Shown here one piece after another: positions 48,088 to 58,271 of a stretch of 64,000 nucleotides of DNA; the first letter of the stretch is position 1, and each line of letters starts with the position of its first letter. A program made the position numbers and the translations under genes. Source of the stretch: Lysobacterales bacterium (GTDB lineage Bacteria; Pseudomonadota; Gammaproteobacteria; Xanthomonadales; Rhodanobacteraceae); contig JBBSLA010000002.1 in NCBI GenBank assembly GCA_038255665.1, positions 9,773 to 73,772 of the forward strand, given 5' to 3'. The notes below the pieces were generated by a model that made no database searches, had not been told where the DNA came from, and was given only the letters and a program-made list of their open reading frames with translations.

Positions 48088-49521
48088 CTACAAGGCGAGC
48101 TTGCCCAAGGCTGCGCGAAATCGCGCGGCGATCCGCGCCTGGCCGGCATGCTCGAAATCGCGCACTACGCAACGCCCGTTGACGTACACATCGCGAACCA
48201 GCCGGCTGTTGCCGGAGAACAGCCAACTGTCGATGGCATTGCGCTGGTCGCGACCCGCCAGCAACGGCGACGCGTCATCCAGCACCACCAGATCAGCACG
48301 GTTGCCCACCGACGGCACGCTGGCATCGCCTCCGAACAGGCTACCGATAGGCATCGCACTGGCTTGCCCCCCGCCGCGCAATGCGGCCTGCAGCAAGGTT
48401 TCGCCAACGCTCGCGCCGGCATTCTCGGCCGCGACGTTGCGCGAGCGCGTAAGCAGGCGCTGGCCGTACTCGAGCCAGCGCAATTCCTCGACCGGCGACA
48501 CCGAGATATGGCTGTCGGAACCGATGCCGATGCGACCGCCCTGGCGCATGAAATTCGCCAGCGGAAAAAATCCATCGCCCAGGTTTGCTTCGGTGGTCGG
48601 GCAAAGGCCGGCGACAGCTGCGCTGTGCGCCAATCGCCCGACTTCGGTTTCGTCGATATGGGTTGCATGGACCAAACACCAGCGTGCATCGACGTCGGCG
48701 TGATCGAGCAGCCATTGCACCGGTCGCGCCCCATGTACTGCGACGCACTCATCCACTTCGGCAACCTGCTCGGCGATATGGACGTGGATTGGCAGCATTC
48801 TTGCCGGAAATCCGCTGCGCGAGGGGCCGAGCTTGGCAACGCCATCGAGTACCGCGGCCATCGCTTCTTCGGGAACGGCGCGCAAGGAATGCAGGGCAAT
48901 GCCGATGCGCACCGTTGCGCTTTCCTGCATGCGCAGGCGCTCGACCAGGCGCAGGAAGCTGTCGACATCGTGTCCGAAGCGGCGCTGCCGATCGCTGAGC
49001 GCACGGCCATCGAACCCGCCTCGCATGTAAAGCGTCGGCAGCAAGGTGATGCCGATGCCAGCTTCTTCGGCGGCTTCGAGCAGCGCCAGCGACATCGCTG
49101 CAGGGTCCGCGTACGGCTGGCCATCGGGCTGATGGTGCAGGTAATGGAATTCGCAAACGTGGGTGTAGCCAGCCTGCAGCATCTCGACATACAACTGGCT
49201 CGCGATCGCGCGCAAGGCATTCGGATTGACTCGGCTGGCGTACGAATACATCGTTTCGCGCCAGGTCCAGAAACTGTCGTCGCCTGGTCCGCGACGTTCC
49301 GCAAGGCCGGCCATGGCGCGCTGGAACGCATGCGAGTGCAGGTTCGGCATTCCCGGGACCACGAAGCGCCCCAGCCTCTCCGCTGATTGCGATTCGCCAG
49401 TAGCTACATCGAGCAATGCGCCCCTCAAATGCCGACCTTCGTCGATTTCGAGCACGGCGCCGTCGAGCCAACCGTGTGGTTGCCATGCGTGGTCGGCGTA
49501 GTAGCGGCGGCTGTCATTCAT
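48088..49521 (-). CDS. hutF: Formimidoylglutamate deiminase
   Basis: YYADHAW...PGMPNLHSHAFQRAMAGLAERRGPGDDSFWTWRETMY. Confidence 0.85.
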   Translation of the reverse strand: MNDSRRYYADHAWQPHGWLDGAVLEIDEGRHLRGALLDVATGESQSAERLGRFVVPGMPNLHSHAFQRAMAGLAERRGPGDDSFWTWRETMYSYASRVNPNALRAIASQLYVEMLQAGYTHVCEFHYLHHQPDGQPYADPAAMSLALLEAAEEAGIGITLLPTLYMRGGFDGRALSDRQRRFGHDVDSFLRLVERLRMQESATVRIGIALHSLRAVPEEAMAAVLDGVAKLGPSRSGFPARMLPIHVHIAEQVAEVDECVAVHGARPVQWLLDHADVDARWCLVHATHIDETEVGRLAHSAAVAGLCPTTEANLGDGFFPLANFMRQGGRIGIGSDSHISVSPVEELRWLEYGQRLLTRSRNVAAENAGASVGETLLQAALRGGGQASAMPIGSLFGGDASVPSVGNRADLVVLDDASPLLAGRDQRNAIDSWLFSGNSRLVRDVYVNGRCVVRDFEHAGQARIAARFRAALGKLAL

Positions 49522-49604
49522 CGCGGATGGCTCGGCGGCTGGAACCGACCGAAGTCTACCGGAGCGGCTTTCCCCAACCATCGCCCGGGTAGCGCTCTGC
49601 AATA

Positions 49605-50855
49605 ATGCTGTCGATGAGCGAGCACGCAAACGCGAACGATTGGGACGGCCTGCTGCTGGACTGCCACTTGGCAACGATGCGGGACGACAACCTCGGCATC
49701 GTCGAGCACGCCGCGCTGGGGTGGAAAGACGGCGTCATTTGCCACGCCGGTCCTCGCGACACACTGCCCGATGGCGCCGAGCGCTCCGCACGATCAGTGG
49801 AGTCGCTCGACGGGCGCTGGATAACGCCGGGACTGATCGATTGCCACACGCATCTGGTCTTCGCAGGCAATCGCTCCGGCGAGTTTGAGCAGCGCCTGAA
49901 CGGTGCCGACTATGCCGACATCGCACGCAGTGGCGGCGGCATCGCCTCGTCGGTGCGGGCCACGCGCGCGGTCAGCGAAGAAGAACTTGTTGCACAGTCG
50001 TTGCCTCGCGCGCTGGCGCTCGCAAGCGATGGCGTAACCACGGTCGAAATCAAATCCGGCTACGGCCTGGATCTCGACAGTGAACTGAAGATGCTGCGCG
50101 CCGCGCGCCGCGTTGGTCTGGCTGCCGGTATGGACGTGCGAACCACCTTCCTCGGCGCGCATGCCTTGCCGCCAGAGTTCGTCGGCCGTCAGGACGACTA
50201 CGTCGATCATCTTTGCAAAGTAATGCTGCCGACAGTCGCCGAAACGGGACTGGCCGACGCGGTCGACGCATTTTGCGAGTCGATCGGATTCAGCCCGCAG
50301 CAGACAGCTCGCGTATTCGCCACGGCCCGCGAGCTTGGCTTGCCGGTGAAGCTGCATGCCGACCAGCTTTCCGATTCCGGTGGCGCCGCGCTCAGCGCCA
50401 GTTACTGCGGTTTGTCCGCCGATCACATCGAACACACCAGTATCGACGGCGTTCGCGCGATGGCGGCCGCGGGAACGGTTGCCGTCCTGCTGCCGGGTGC
50501 CTACTACGCCTTGCGCGATACACAGTTGCCGCCGATTGGCGCATTGCGCGAACACGGCGTGGCGATGGCGGTGGCGACCGACCTCAACCCTGGTACCTCG
50601 CCGCTGCTGTCACTACGTCTGGCGATGAACATGGCGTGCACGCTGTTCCGTCTGACGCCCAGCGAGGCATTGCTGGGCGCAACGCGACACGCGGCGCAGG
50701 CGCTCGGCCTATGTGATCGCGGACAATTGATCGTCGGCCAGAAAGCCGACTGGATTGCATGGGAAGTCGAGCAGCCAGCCGAACTGTGTTACTGGATCGG
50801 CGGAACATTGCGCCATCGAACGTGGCGTGCCGGCGTCGAGCGCCTGGACAACTAA
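49605..50855 (+). CDS. hutI: Imidazolonepropionase
   Basis: [25 protein letters not shown]...GGGI. Confidence 0.9.
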   Translation: MLSMSEHANANDWDGLLLDCHLATMRDDNLGIVEHAALGWKDGVICHAGPRDTLPDGAERSARSVESLDGRWITPGLIDCHTHLVFAGNRSGEFEQRLNGADYADIARSGGGIASSVRATRAVSEEELVAQSLPRALALASDGVTTVEIKSGYGLDLDSELKMLRAARRVGLAAGMDVRTTFLGAHALPPEFVGRQDDYVDHLCKVMLPTVAETGLADAVDAFCESIGFSPQQTARVFATARELGLPVKLHADQLSDSGGAALSASYCGLSADHIEHTSIDGVRAMAAAGTVAVLLPGAYYALRDTQLPPIGALREHGVAMAVATDLNPGTSPLLSLRLAMNMACTLFRLTPSEALLGATRHAAQALGLCDRGQLIVGQKADWIAWEVEQPAELCYWIGGTLRHRTWRAGVERLDN

Positions 50856-50889
50856 ACCTGATCAGCCGAGGCGGCTGATCGGGCGAAAA

Positions 50890-51084
50890 TCAGGCCGATT
50901 TTTTGACAGCTGTCTTCTTTGCTGCGGCTTTCTTCGCGGCAGGCTTGGCAGCCGCGCTGGCGCTCTTGCGAGCTGGCGTGCTCGCGACAGCCTTGTCGCT
51001 GGACTTCTCGGCATGCGGACGGACATTGCCGTAGCTGCGGATTGCAATCTTGCCCTTGCGGGTCTTGCGGTCACCACGTCCCAT
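50890..51084 (-). CDS. 30S ribosomal protein THX-like
   Basis: MGRGDRKTRKGKIAIRSYGNVRP followed by a Lys/Ala-rich tail. Confidence 0.7.
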   Translation of the reverse strand: MGRGDRKTRKGKIAIRSYGNVRPHAEKSSDKAVASTPARKSASAAAKPAAKKAAAKKTAVKKSA

Positions 51085-51198
51085 AATTTCCTCGATATTT
51101 CAGTGTGCAAACAGCCGCGCAGGATAACAGCGCACGGCTAAAGCGCAAGTCGACCGCAACGGCGGGGAGCTGATAGCCCGGTCACTTTCGCCATTAGA

Positions 51199-52167
51199 TC
51201 AACGGCAATCGCCGCAATCCGCTTCCAAGCTCTCGAAACCTTCGATCTGCACCGTGGAATGACCAATCCGGAATTTCCCTCGCAGGATTGCCTGGATCGA
51301 CACGATGGTCGGGTCCGGCAGCACGCTGCCATCAAGGCGGACATGCAAGGTGGCGATGCGGCTGCCACCGGCGAGTTGCCAGACATGCAGGTGATGCACG
51401 TCGCTGACGCCCGACACAGAGTCACGCAGCGTCGACGCGATTTCGTCAACTTCAAGCCCGTCCGGCGTGCCTTCCAGCAGGATATGCGCGCAGCGCGCCA
51501 ACAAGCGCCAGGCGCTGTTGAGAATCAGCAATGAGACGATGATCGAGATGGCTGGGTCGGCCCACAGCCAGTCCATCCAGCGGACCAGCAGGGCGGCTGC
51601 TACCGCGCCAACCGAACCGAGCAGGTCACCAATGACGTGCAGCCTGGCGCCGGCGATGTTGACGTCATCGTGATCGTGGCCGCCCAGCGTCCCCAGCACA
51701 ATGGCGTTGACGAACAGGCCGACCAGGGCAACGACCAGCATCATCCCGGAAAGGATCGGTTGTGGGTCGCTGAAGCGCATTACCGCCTCGTAGCAAATCC
51801 ATGCGACGAGGACCAACTGGCTCAGCGCGTTGGTGTAGCCGACCAGGATTTCCAGCCGGACATAGCCAAACGATCGCCGCGCGTCGGCCGGACGGCGGGC
51901 GAATACTGCGCCCAGCCAGGCGAACATCAATGCCGTTGCATCGACCAGCATGTGCGCCGCATCGGCGAGCAGCGCCAACGAGCCGGACAACCAGCCGCCG
52001 ATCGCTTCGGCGACCATCGTGATCAAGGTCAAGCCGAATGCGATCAACAGGCGGCGGGTTCGCTTGGGATCGTCGACGAATGCCGCGCCATGCGAGCGGC
52101 GCTCGTCGTCGAGCGCCGCATGGCTATGGCCGTGATTGTGGTGGTCGTGGCTGGACATGGTGGCCAC
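51199..52167 (-). CDS. Cation diffusion facilitator (CzcD/ZitB-type) efflux transporter
   Basis: His-rich N-terminus HDHHNHGHSH and the TM2 motif SLALLADAAHMLVD. An alternative ATG lies at 52158. Confidence 0.85.
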   Translation of the reverse strand: MATMSSHDHHNHGHSHAALDDERRSHGAAFVDDPKRTRRLLIAFGLTLITMVAEAIGGWLSGSLALLADAAHMLVDATALMFAWLGAVFARRPADARRSFGYVRLEILVGYTNALSQLVLVAWICYEAVMRFSDPQPILSGMMLVVALVGLFVNAIVLGTLGGHDHDDVNIAGARLHVIGDLLGSVGAVAAALLVRWMDWLWADPAISIIVSLLILNSAWRLLARCAHILLEGTPDGLEVDEIASTLRDSVSGVSDVHHLHVWQLAGGSRIATLHVRLDGSVLPDPTIVSIQAILRGKFRIGHSTVQIEGFESLEADCGDCR

Positions 52168-52279
52168 GCATGCTATGCAGTGACGTGCTGGTTACACAAT
52201 CACCGAGGCAACTCGTCGGCGCGATTAACCGGCTCGGGTGTCGACGCCAGCGATTCGAGCCGCGCGTTTCAGCGATCAG

Positions 52280-52711
52280 TCAATGCAACGCTGGCGGACA
52301 CGCGCACGCTGCGCTGTGGGTATGCACGTGCGCGAGCCGCAAGTTTGCGATGTGCGCACACATAACCAGCACGCCGCCCAAGCTCACCATCACGGCATGC
52401 GTCACGTCGGTGTGATCGACGTTTACCAGCACGCCGATCAGCAGCAGTACGACGCCGGGAATCATCAACACGAACGCCGCAACGCGACGATGCCGGCGAA
52501 AGCCGAACACCAGCGATGTTATTGCCAGCGCGACCGAAAACCCCACGAAAGCGCGCTCAAAGGCATGGTCGGCAAGAAAGGACAGACCCAGCGCGGGCAA
52601 GGCAGCGAAGATCACCGGCAACAGTGCGCAATGCAAGGCGCACAGGAACGACGCTGTCGCACCGAAGCGGTCGGCGAGCGAACGTTTGTTGGAGACTTTA
52701 GATGCTGGCAT
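52280..52711 (-). CDS. MerC-domain-like small membrane protein
   Basis: ASFLCALHCALLPVIFAALPALG plus three more TMs. No clear SD sequence. Confidence 0.55.
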   Translation of the reverse strand: MPASKVSNKRSLADRFGATASFLCALHCALLPVIFAALPALGLSFLADHAFERAFVGFSVALAITSLVFGFRRHRRVAAFVLMIPGVVLLLIGVLVNVDHTDVTHAVMVSLGGVLVMCAHIANLRLAHVHTHSAACACPPALH

Positions 52712-52717
52712 GAGAAG

Positions 52718-52734
52718 TGTTATAACATAACATT
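52718..52734. promoter_or_regulatory. Zur-like (Fur-family) operator
   Basis: TGTTATAACATAACATT is an AT-rich inverted repeat in GC-rich surroundings. It lies 7 nt upstream of the MerC-like ATG and is close to the gammaproteobacterial Zur consensus as I recall it. Confidence 0.45.
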
Positions 52735-52861
52735 GCGATACGAGGCTGAACAAAAATGTCTCGCCGATTCCAACCTTTGCGTAAGGCGAATGTGAAGAAT
52801 CGAGCAGACGCGCTGAAATCCGGCGACCGGACCTCTGGCACACTCGACGAATCCTTGTTGC

Positions 52862-52875
52862 AATGTTATATCATT
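52862..52875. promoter_or_regulatory. Fur-family (Zur or Fur) operator-like palindrome
   Basis: AATGTTATATCATT is a near-perfect palindrome followed by CTTATCATCATC. It lies 33 nt upstream of the TonB receptor ATG. Confidence 0.4.
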
Positions 52876-52907
52876 CTTATCATCATCTCATCAGGATCGA
52901 CCAACTC

Positions 52908-54989
52908 ATGAATCGCCGCCTCTTGTCCGTCGCCATCAGCGCCTCGCTACTTGCGATGTTCCAGCCAACATTCGTTCATGCTGCCGCCCCCGCCGCAGAT
53001 CCGGCCAATAACGAATCCTCGACGCTGGAAGCCGGCGCCCAAGGCGCCACGCCAGTTGACGAGACAAGTGGCGACGACGGGACCAGACAATCAGGCAAAA
53101 GACCAGATTCGCCGGAGACTCTCAGGGAAGTTGTCGTCATGTCGGTTCCCTTCGGTCAGACCGGCGACCAGATTGTTACCCCGGTCAGCGTGCTCGCCGG
53201 CGCAGCGCTCGACGATGCGCGCTCAGGAACGATAGGGCAGACCGTGTCCGGTATTCCGGGTGTTCAGACAACCTCGTTCGGCAACGGTGTTGGCCGGCCG
53301 GTAATTCGCGGTCTGGACGGTTCGCGCGTCGCGATCCTCGGCGATGGCTTGGGTTCCGCCGATGTCTCGAGCGTCAGCCAGGACCACGCTACGACGATAG
53401 AGCCATTCCTGGCCGAGCAGATCGAAATCCTGAAAGGCCCTTCCACCTTGCTCTACGGATCAGGAGCAATCGGCGGCGTTGTCAACGCAATCGATGGGCG
53501 TATTCCGGAACGAGCACCGCTCAACGGGTTCAGCGGCCGCGCACAGGTCAATTACGACAGCGTATCTGAAGGCGGCACGGGCATGTTTCGTGTCGATGCC
53601 GGCAACGAGAACTTTGCCCTGCACTTCGACGGCGTCAATCGCGATCAAGACGACTACGAAATTCCCGGCGGCACGTTGCCAAACAGTTTCGTTCGTACCA
53701 AGTCCGGCGCGGTCGGCGGATCGGTTCTGGGCGATTGGGGCTTCCTTGGCCTTTCCGTTTCCCGCTATCTCAACAACTACGGCAACCCTGCAGAGCCTGG
53801 GGATCCGGATGAGGGGGAACCTGCGGTCCGGATCGGCATGGAGCAAACCCGATACGACATCAAGGGTGGCTTCATCAACCCCGTAAACGGAATCGATCGC
53901 ATTGACGCCAGCTTCCGTCATTCGGACTACCAGCACATCGAGTTTGAAGGAGCGGAAGTAGGCACCACGTTCACCAACCAGTCCAACGAGGGCCGTTTTC
54001 AGGTCACCCATTCTCCAATCGGCGGTTGGTTGGGTGCGTTCGGCTTTCAATTCTTCAACCGCGATTTCGCTGCGCTCGGCGAAGAGAGTTTCGTGCCGCC
54101 AACGTCGAGCAAGGGCATCGGCGTTTTCCTTATCGAGCAGAAGGAATTTGGTCCGCTGAAAGTGGAACTTGGCGCTCGCACCGATCGCCAGAGCAGCGAG
54201 CCTGACAACGACAGCGAGCGAAGCTTCACTCCACTGAGCCTTTCCGCTGGCACGGCGTGGCGATTCGACGACAACTGGCATTTGAGCCTTAACCTGGATC
54301 GCGCGCAGCGCGCGCCAGCCGAGGAGGAACTGTTCGCCAATGGTCCTCATCTCGCGTCCTCCACGTTCGAGATAGGCGACCGGAATCTGGACGTTGAAAC
54401 CGCCCACCAAGCCGAGATCGGACTGCACTATCACAGCGATTTCGTCGACGCAAAGCTCGCTGGCTACTACAACCGCTACAACGACTTCATCTATCTCGCC
54501 GATACCGGCCTTGAGGAGGAGGACCTGCCGGTGCGCGTCTGGACGGCAGCCGACTCGCGCTTCCGTGGCTTTGAGGCAGAAGCGACTTTTCACCTGAGCG
54601 CTGGCAGCAACGGCCACTATGACCTGCGCGTCTGGGGCGACAGCGTTCGCGCGACCCTGGTCGACGGCGGCAACCTGCCACGCATTCCCGCTGGTCGTTT
54701 CGGAACCGAACTGCTCTGGAAGAATGACAACTGGCGCGCCCGCGTCGGCGTGGTGCGCTACTTCAAGCAGGACAACGTTGCGGAACTGGAAACCCAGACT
54801 TCCGGTTTCACGTCGTTCACCGCGCACATCGAGCGCAGCCTGTTCAGCAACGACCGCACTGAAGTTGCCGCGTTCCTGAGTGCCAACAACGTCACCAACC
54901 AGACCCAGCGCCTCGCCACGTCACTGATCAAGGAGCAGGCACCGCTGCCTGGTCGCAACATCACGATTGGACTACGCGCATTCTTTTGA
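52908..54989 (+). CDS. TonB-dependent outer-membrane receptor (metal-regulated, ZnuD-like by context)
   Basis: Signal peptide, plug domain (TPVSVL...IEILKGPSTLLYGSGAIGGVVN), a beta-barrel and a terminal ...GLRAFF. Confidence 0.9.
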   Translation: MNRRLLSVAISASLLAMFQPTFVHAAAPAADPANNESSTLEAGAQGATPVDETSGDDGTRQSGKRPDSPETLREVVVMSVPFGQTGDQIVTPVSVLAGAALDDARSGTIGQTVSGIPGVQTTSFGNGVGRPVIRGLDGSRVAILGDGLGSADVSSVSQDHATTIEPFLAEQIEILKGPSTLLYGSGAIGGVVNAIDGRIPERAPLNGFSGRAQVNYDSVSEGGTGMFRVDAGNENFALHFDGVNRDQDDYEIPGGTLPNSFVRTKSGAVGGSVLGDWGFLGLSVSRYLNNYGNPAEPGDPDEGEPAVRIGMEQTRYDIKGGFINPVNGIDRIDASFRHSDYQHIEFEGAEVGTTFTNQSNEGRFQVTHSPIGGWLGAFGFQFFNRDFAALGEESFVPPTSSKGIGVFLIEQKEFGPLKVELGARTDRQSSEPDNDSERSFTPLSLSAGTAWRFDDNWHLSLNLDRAQRAPAEEELFANGPHLASSTFEIGDRNLDVETAHQAEIGLHYHSDFVDAKLAGYYNRYNDFIYLADTGLEEEDLPVRVWTAADSRFRGFEAEATFHLSAGSNGHYDLRVWGDSVRATLVDGGNLPRIPAGRFGTELLWKNDNWRARVGVVRYFKQDNVAELETQTSGFTSFTAHIERSLFSNDRTEVAAFLSANNVTNQTQRLATSLIKEQAPLPGRNITIGLRAFF

Positions 54990-55033
54990 TCGCGGCGTAT
55001 TGGATATGGACGCAAGTGGTCACGATTCAGAGA

Positions 55034-55107
55034 TGGAGCGGGTGATGGGAATCGGACCCACGTTCGCAGCTTGGGAAGCTGCTGTCTTGCCACTAGACGA
55101 CACCCGC
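55034..55107 (-). tRNA. tRNA-Gly (anticodon CCC), T-loop TCCGATT
   Basis: The reverse complement folds with a 7-bp acceptor GCGGGTG/CACCCGC, D-arm GTCT/AGAC, anticodon loop TTCCCAA and 3' CCA encoded. Position 55 reads C rather than the near-universal U. Confidence 0.8.
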
Positions 55108-55308
55108 TCGTTTTGACGATGGCCGGCACATTGCGCAGGCACCGCGCCGACGTAGCGTACGGGCCAAGGTGCCAACACGGCAAGCAGCACGGGGGCGATT
55201 TCGCGGCGACGTTGGTTGACGGCTGGTCAGCCCTGTTTGAACGGCCATCGACGCGGTCGCCCATCTCCGGATTGCTAGACTGCGCGACCTTTTCGGACAA
55301 GACCTGCC

Positions 55309-56184
55309 ATGCCCGTCTCGCCGTATTTGCAACTCGATGTCTTCGCAAGGTCGATCGGCGGTGGCAATCCGCTGGGCGTGATCGTCGATGCAGGTGGCTG
55401 GAGCGTCCAGCAAATGCAGTCCTACGCGCGCTGGACCAATTTGGTAGAAACAACATTTCTGCTGCCGCCGGTCGCCCGATCTTCCAGCTACCGCGTCCGC
55501 ATCTTCACGCCAACACGCGAAATTCCGTTCGCGGGACACCCCAGCGTCGGCAGCGCGCATGCCGCGCTGGATTGCGGCGTTGCCCAGGCTCGCGACGGAT
55601 TGCTGGTCCAGGAATGCGCAGCGGGACTTATTGAAGTTCGAGTCGAAGGGCAAGCGGGCAAGCGCGAGCTGTTCGTGCAGTCGCCGACGGCGCGCATCTT
55701 GCGCACAGGCCAGGAAAACGAGCCCCGGTTGCGCGGCCTGCTTGCGGATGTCGTGCTGGGAAGGTTGCCGCCGGCGTTCGTCGAAGGCGGGCGTCGCTGG
55801 TGGCTCGCCGAATTCGAAAGCGAAGCTGAGTTGCGCTCTTGGCAGCCCGAGCACGCAGAAATCGCCGCGATAGCCGCCGCGACCGACAGTCTTGGTCTGT
55901 GTGTGTTCGCGCGCAGCGAATCGGCCGACGATGACCTCGTGGTGCGTGCATTTCCCGCCGGTGTTGGAATCGTCGAAGATCCCGCTTCAGGCGCCGCCAA
56001 CGGATTGATCGCTGCGTATATCGCAGGGGCCGACTCAAATGATCCACTGACGCGCGGCTATCGGGTCAGCCAGGGCCGCGAAATGGGTCACGACGCGGCG
56101 ATCAGGATCGACTTTCGCGATGGCGCCGTGTGGGTTGGCGGCCAAACCAACACAATCGTCAGCGGCCAGGCGACCTGGTATTAA
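55309..56184 (+). CDS. PhzF-family isomerase
   Basis: LDVFA...GNPLGVI...ETTFLLPP...IFTPTREIPFAGHPSVG. Confidence 0.85.
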   Translation: MPVSPYLQLDVFARSIGGGNPLGVIVDAGGWSVQQMQSYARWTNLVETTFLLPPVARSSSYRVRIFTPTREIPFAGHPSVGSAHAALDCGVAQARDGLLVQECAAGLIEVRVEGQAGKRELFVQSPTARILRTGQENEPRLRGLLADVVLGRLPPAFVEGGRRWWLAEFESEAELRSWQPEHAEIAAIAAATDSLGLCVFARSESADDDLVVRAFPAGVGIVEDPASGAANGLIAAYIAGADSNDPLTRGYRVSQGREMGHDAAIRIDFRDGAVWVGGQTNTIVSGQATWY

Positions 56185-56193
56185 CGGACGCGC

Positions 56194-56766
56194 TCAGTTC
56201 GTCGGTCGAACCAGTCCTGACACCCGCCCAAGGAATGGTCGGTAGTAGGCGAGTTCAGCGATCGAATCGTGCACATCACTGAGCGCCGTATGCGCCGAGG
56301 TCTTGCTGAAGCCTTGTGCCACCTCCGGTGACCAGCGTCGCGCCAATTCCTTGATGGTCGAGACATCAAGGTTGCGGTAATGGAAATAGCGTTCCAGCCT
56401 CGGCATGAGCCGGTAGAGGAATCGACGGTCCTGGCAGATGGTGTTGCCGCACATTGGCGACTTGCCAGCGTCAATCCACTTGGCAAGGAACTCGACCGTG
56501 CGTGCCTCGGCAACGCCGAGCGTGATATCCGACCGGACCACGCGCTGCCAAAGGCCAGACTTGCGGTGCTGGTTGCAATTCCAGTCATCCATTGCCTCCA
56601 GTCGCGCCTCGGGATGGCGGATCGCAAACTCGGGCCCTTCGGCGAGTACGTTGAGCTGGCAGTCGGTGACGACGGTGGCGATCTCGATGATCGAATCGGT
56701 GTCGGGATCCAGCCCGGTCATTTCCAGGTCGATCCAGATCAGGTTGTCGTCGCTGCTGCCCGTCAT
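56194..56766 (-). CDS. orn: Oligoribonuclease
   Basis: [15 protein letters not shown]...[11 protein letters not shown]...HTALSD. Confidence 0.95.
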   Translation of the reverse strand: MTGSSDDNLIWIDLEMTGLDPDTDSIIEIATVVTDCQLNVLAEGPEFAIRHPEARLEAMDDWNCNQHRKSGLWQRVVRSDITLGVAEARTVEFLAKWIDAGKSPMCGNTICQDRRFLYRLMPRLERYFHYRNLDVSTIKELARRWSPEVAQGFSKTSAHTALSDVHDSIAELAYYRPFLGRVSGLVRPTN

Positions 56767-56837
56767 TGCGTGAATTCCGTCGTCATCATTGCGCTATTGT
56801 GCCCGTCGCCATTGAAGGCAGCGAGGAATGTCCCGAC

Positions 56838-58271
56838 GTGAACACTTTCCTGTGGCACGACTACGAAACCACCGGCGCCGATTCCCGGCGTGATCGCCCG
56901 TCGCAGTTCGCGGCAATTCGAACGACGATGGATCTCGAAACGATTGGCGAGCCAGTCGATATTTTCTGCCAGCCGGCGAGCGATGGCCTGCCGCATCCCG
57001 ATGCCGTGCTGATCACCGGCATTACGCCGCAGCGCATGCAACGTGAAGGCCTCATCGAGGCGGAGTTCGCTGCGCGAGTCAACGACGAATTTTCGCAACC
57101 AGGCACCTGCGGGGTTGGTTACAACTCACTGCGTTTCGATGATGAGTTCACCCGCCAACTTCTCTATCGAAACTTCCACGATCCTTATCAGCGCGAGTGG
57201 AAGGACGGCAATTCACGCTGGGACCTGATCGATCTCGCGCGCATGTGCCATGCGTTGCGACCGGAAGGCATCGAATGGCCGTTGCGCGACGATGGTTCTG
57301 CCAGCTTCAAGCTGGAACATCTCGCGCGTGCCAATCATCTCGACCAGCAGCGTGCCCACGATGCACTGTCCGATGTCCGAGCGTTGATCGCGTTGGCGCG
57401 GCTGATCCGGGTTCGCCAACCCAAGCTGTTTGATTTTTACTTCGCGTTGCGCCGAAAGCAGCGCGTGTTCGAGCTGGTCGACGTGGCGCGGTTGACACCG
57501 CTGGTGCATGTCTCATCGCGCTATCCGGCAGCTCGCGGCTGCCTCGCCTTGATCGCGCCATTGGCCGTGCATCCGACCTTGCCCAATGCGGTGATCGCGG
57601 TGGACCTCGATACCGATCCGACCGACCTGATCGAGCTCGATGCCGAAGACATTGCCGACCGCGTTTTCGTTTCGAAGGCTGACTTGCCTGAAGACGTCAC
57701 ACGAATTCCGCTAAAGGCAATTCATGCCAATCGTTCGCCGGCGATCGCGCCTCTGGCGACTTTGAAAGGTGTCGATCACGGCCGACTCGGCCTTGATATG
57801 GAACGTTGCCTCGCCAACCTTGAACGCCTGCGTGGCGCCGATGGCCTGGCGGAAAAAGTGCGTAGCGTTTTCGGCAACGCGCCGCCATTCGAACCAACTA
57901 CCGATCCCGAGCTATCCCTGTATGCCAGCTTCCTGCCCGATGGCGACCGCCGTCAGTTGCAGGCGGTTCGTGCCTGCCCGTCTGAGCAACTTGCACAACG
58001 CGAATGGCGCTTCAGCGATCCGCGCTATGCCGAACTGTTGTTCCGCTATCGAGCGCGCAACTGGCCCGACACGCTCAGCGACGACGAGCGCACAAGGTGG
58101 GGGGAGCATCGGCGCAAGCGCCTGACTACATCAACGCCGTTGACCACGCTGACTCTCGATGAGTATTTCCATCGGCTACAGGAATTGCGCGACGATCCAG
58201 CCAACGCCACGAACCTCGAATTAATCGATCAAATGCAATCCTGGGGCCAGCAAGTGCAAACAACGCTGTAG
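56838..58271 (+). CDS. sbcB: Exodeoxyribonuclease I
   Basis: TFLWHDYETTGADSRRDRPSQFAAIRT.... GTG at 56838 has GAGGA 10 nt upstream. The track ATG at 56766 would add 24 aa. Confidence 0.9.
   Translation: MNTFLWHDYETTGADSRRDRPSQFAAIRTTMDLETIGEPVDIFCQPASDGLPHPDAVLITGITPQRMQREGLIEAEFAARVNDEFSQPGTCGVGYNSLRFDDEFTRQLLYRNFHDPYQREWKDGNSRWDLIDLARMCHALRPEGIEWPLRDDGSASFKLEHLARANHLDQQRAHDALSDVRALIALARLIRVRQPKLFDFYFALRRKQRVFELVDVARLTPLVHVSSRYPAARGCLALIAPLAVHPTLPNAVIAVDLDTDPTDLIELDAEDIADRVFVSKADLPEDVTRIPLKAIHANRSPAIAPLATLKGVDHGRLGLDMERCLANLERLRGADGLAEKVRSVFGNAPPFEPTTDPELSLYASFLPDGDRRQLQAVRACPSEQLAQREWRFSDPRYAELLFRYRARNWPDTLSDDERTRWGEHRRKRLTTSTPLTTLTLDEYFHRLQELRDDPANATNLELIDQMQSWGQQVQTTL

Noticed and set aside
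47902-49386. 494-aa plus-strand ORF. Similar long shadow ORFs occur at 53460-54827, 61324-62628, 15612-16538, 17131-18957, 21101-22477 and 39363-40310.
   Set aside because: Each lies antisense to a confidently identified gene (hutF, the TonB receptor, nnr, ppx, ppk1, phoR/phoB, ruvX/yqgE) and has no recognisable domain.
48088-50855. An incomplete histidine-utilisation cluster: only hutF and hutI are present, arranged divergently.
   Set aside because: Split hut loci are common, and hutU, hutH, hutG and hutC are probably elsewhere in the genome. Nothing in the sequence suggests novelty.
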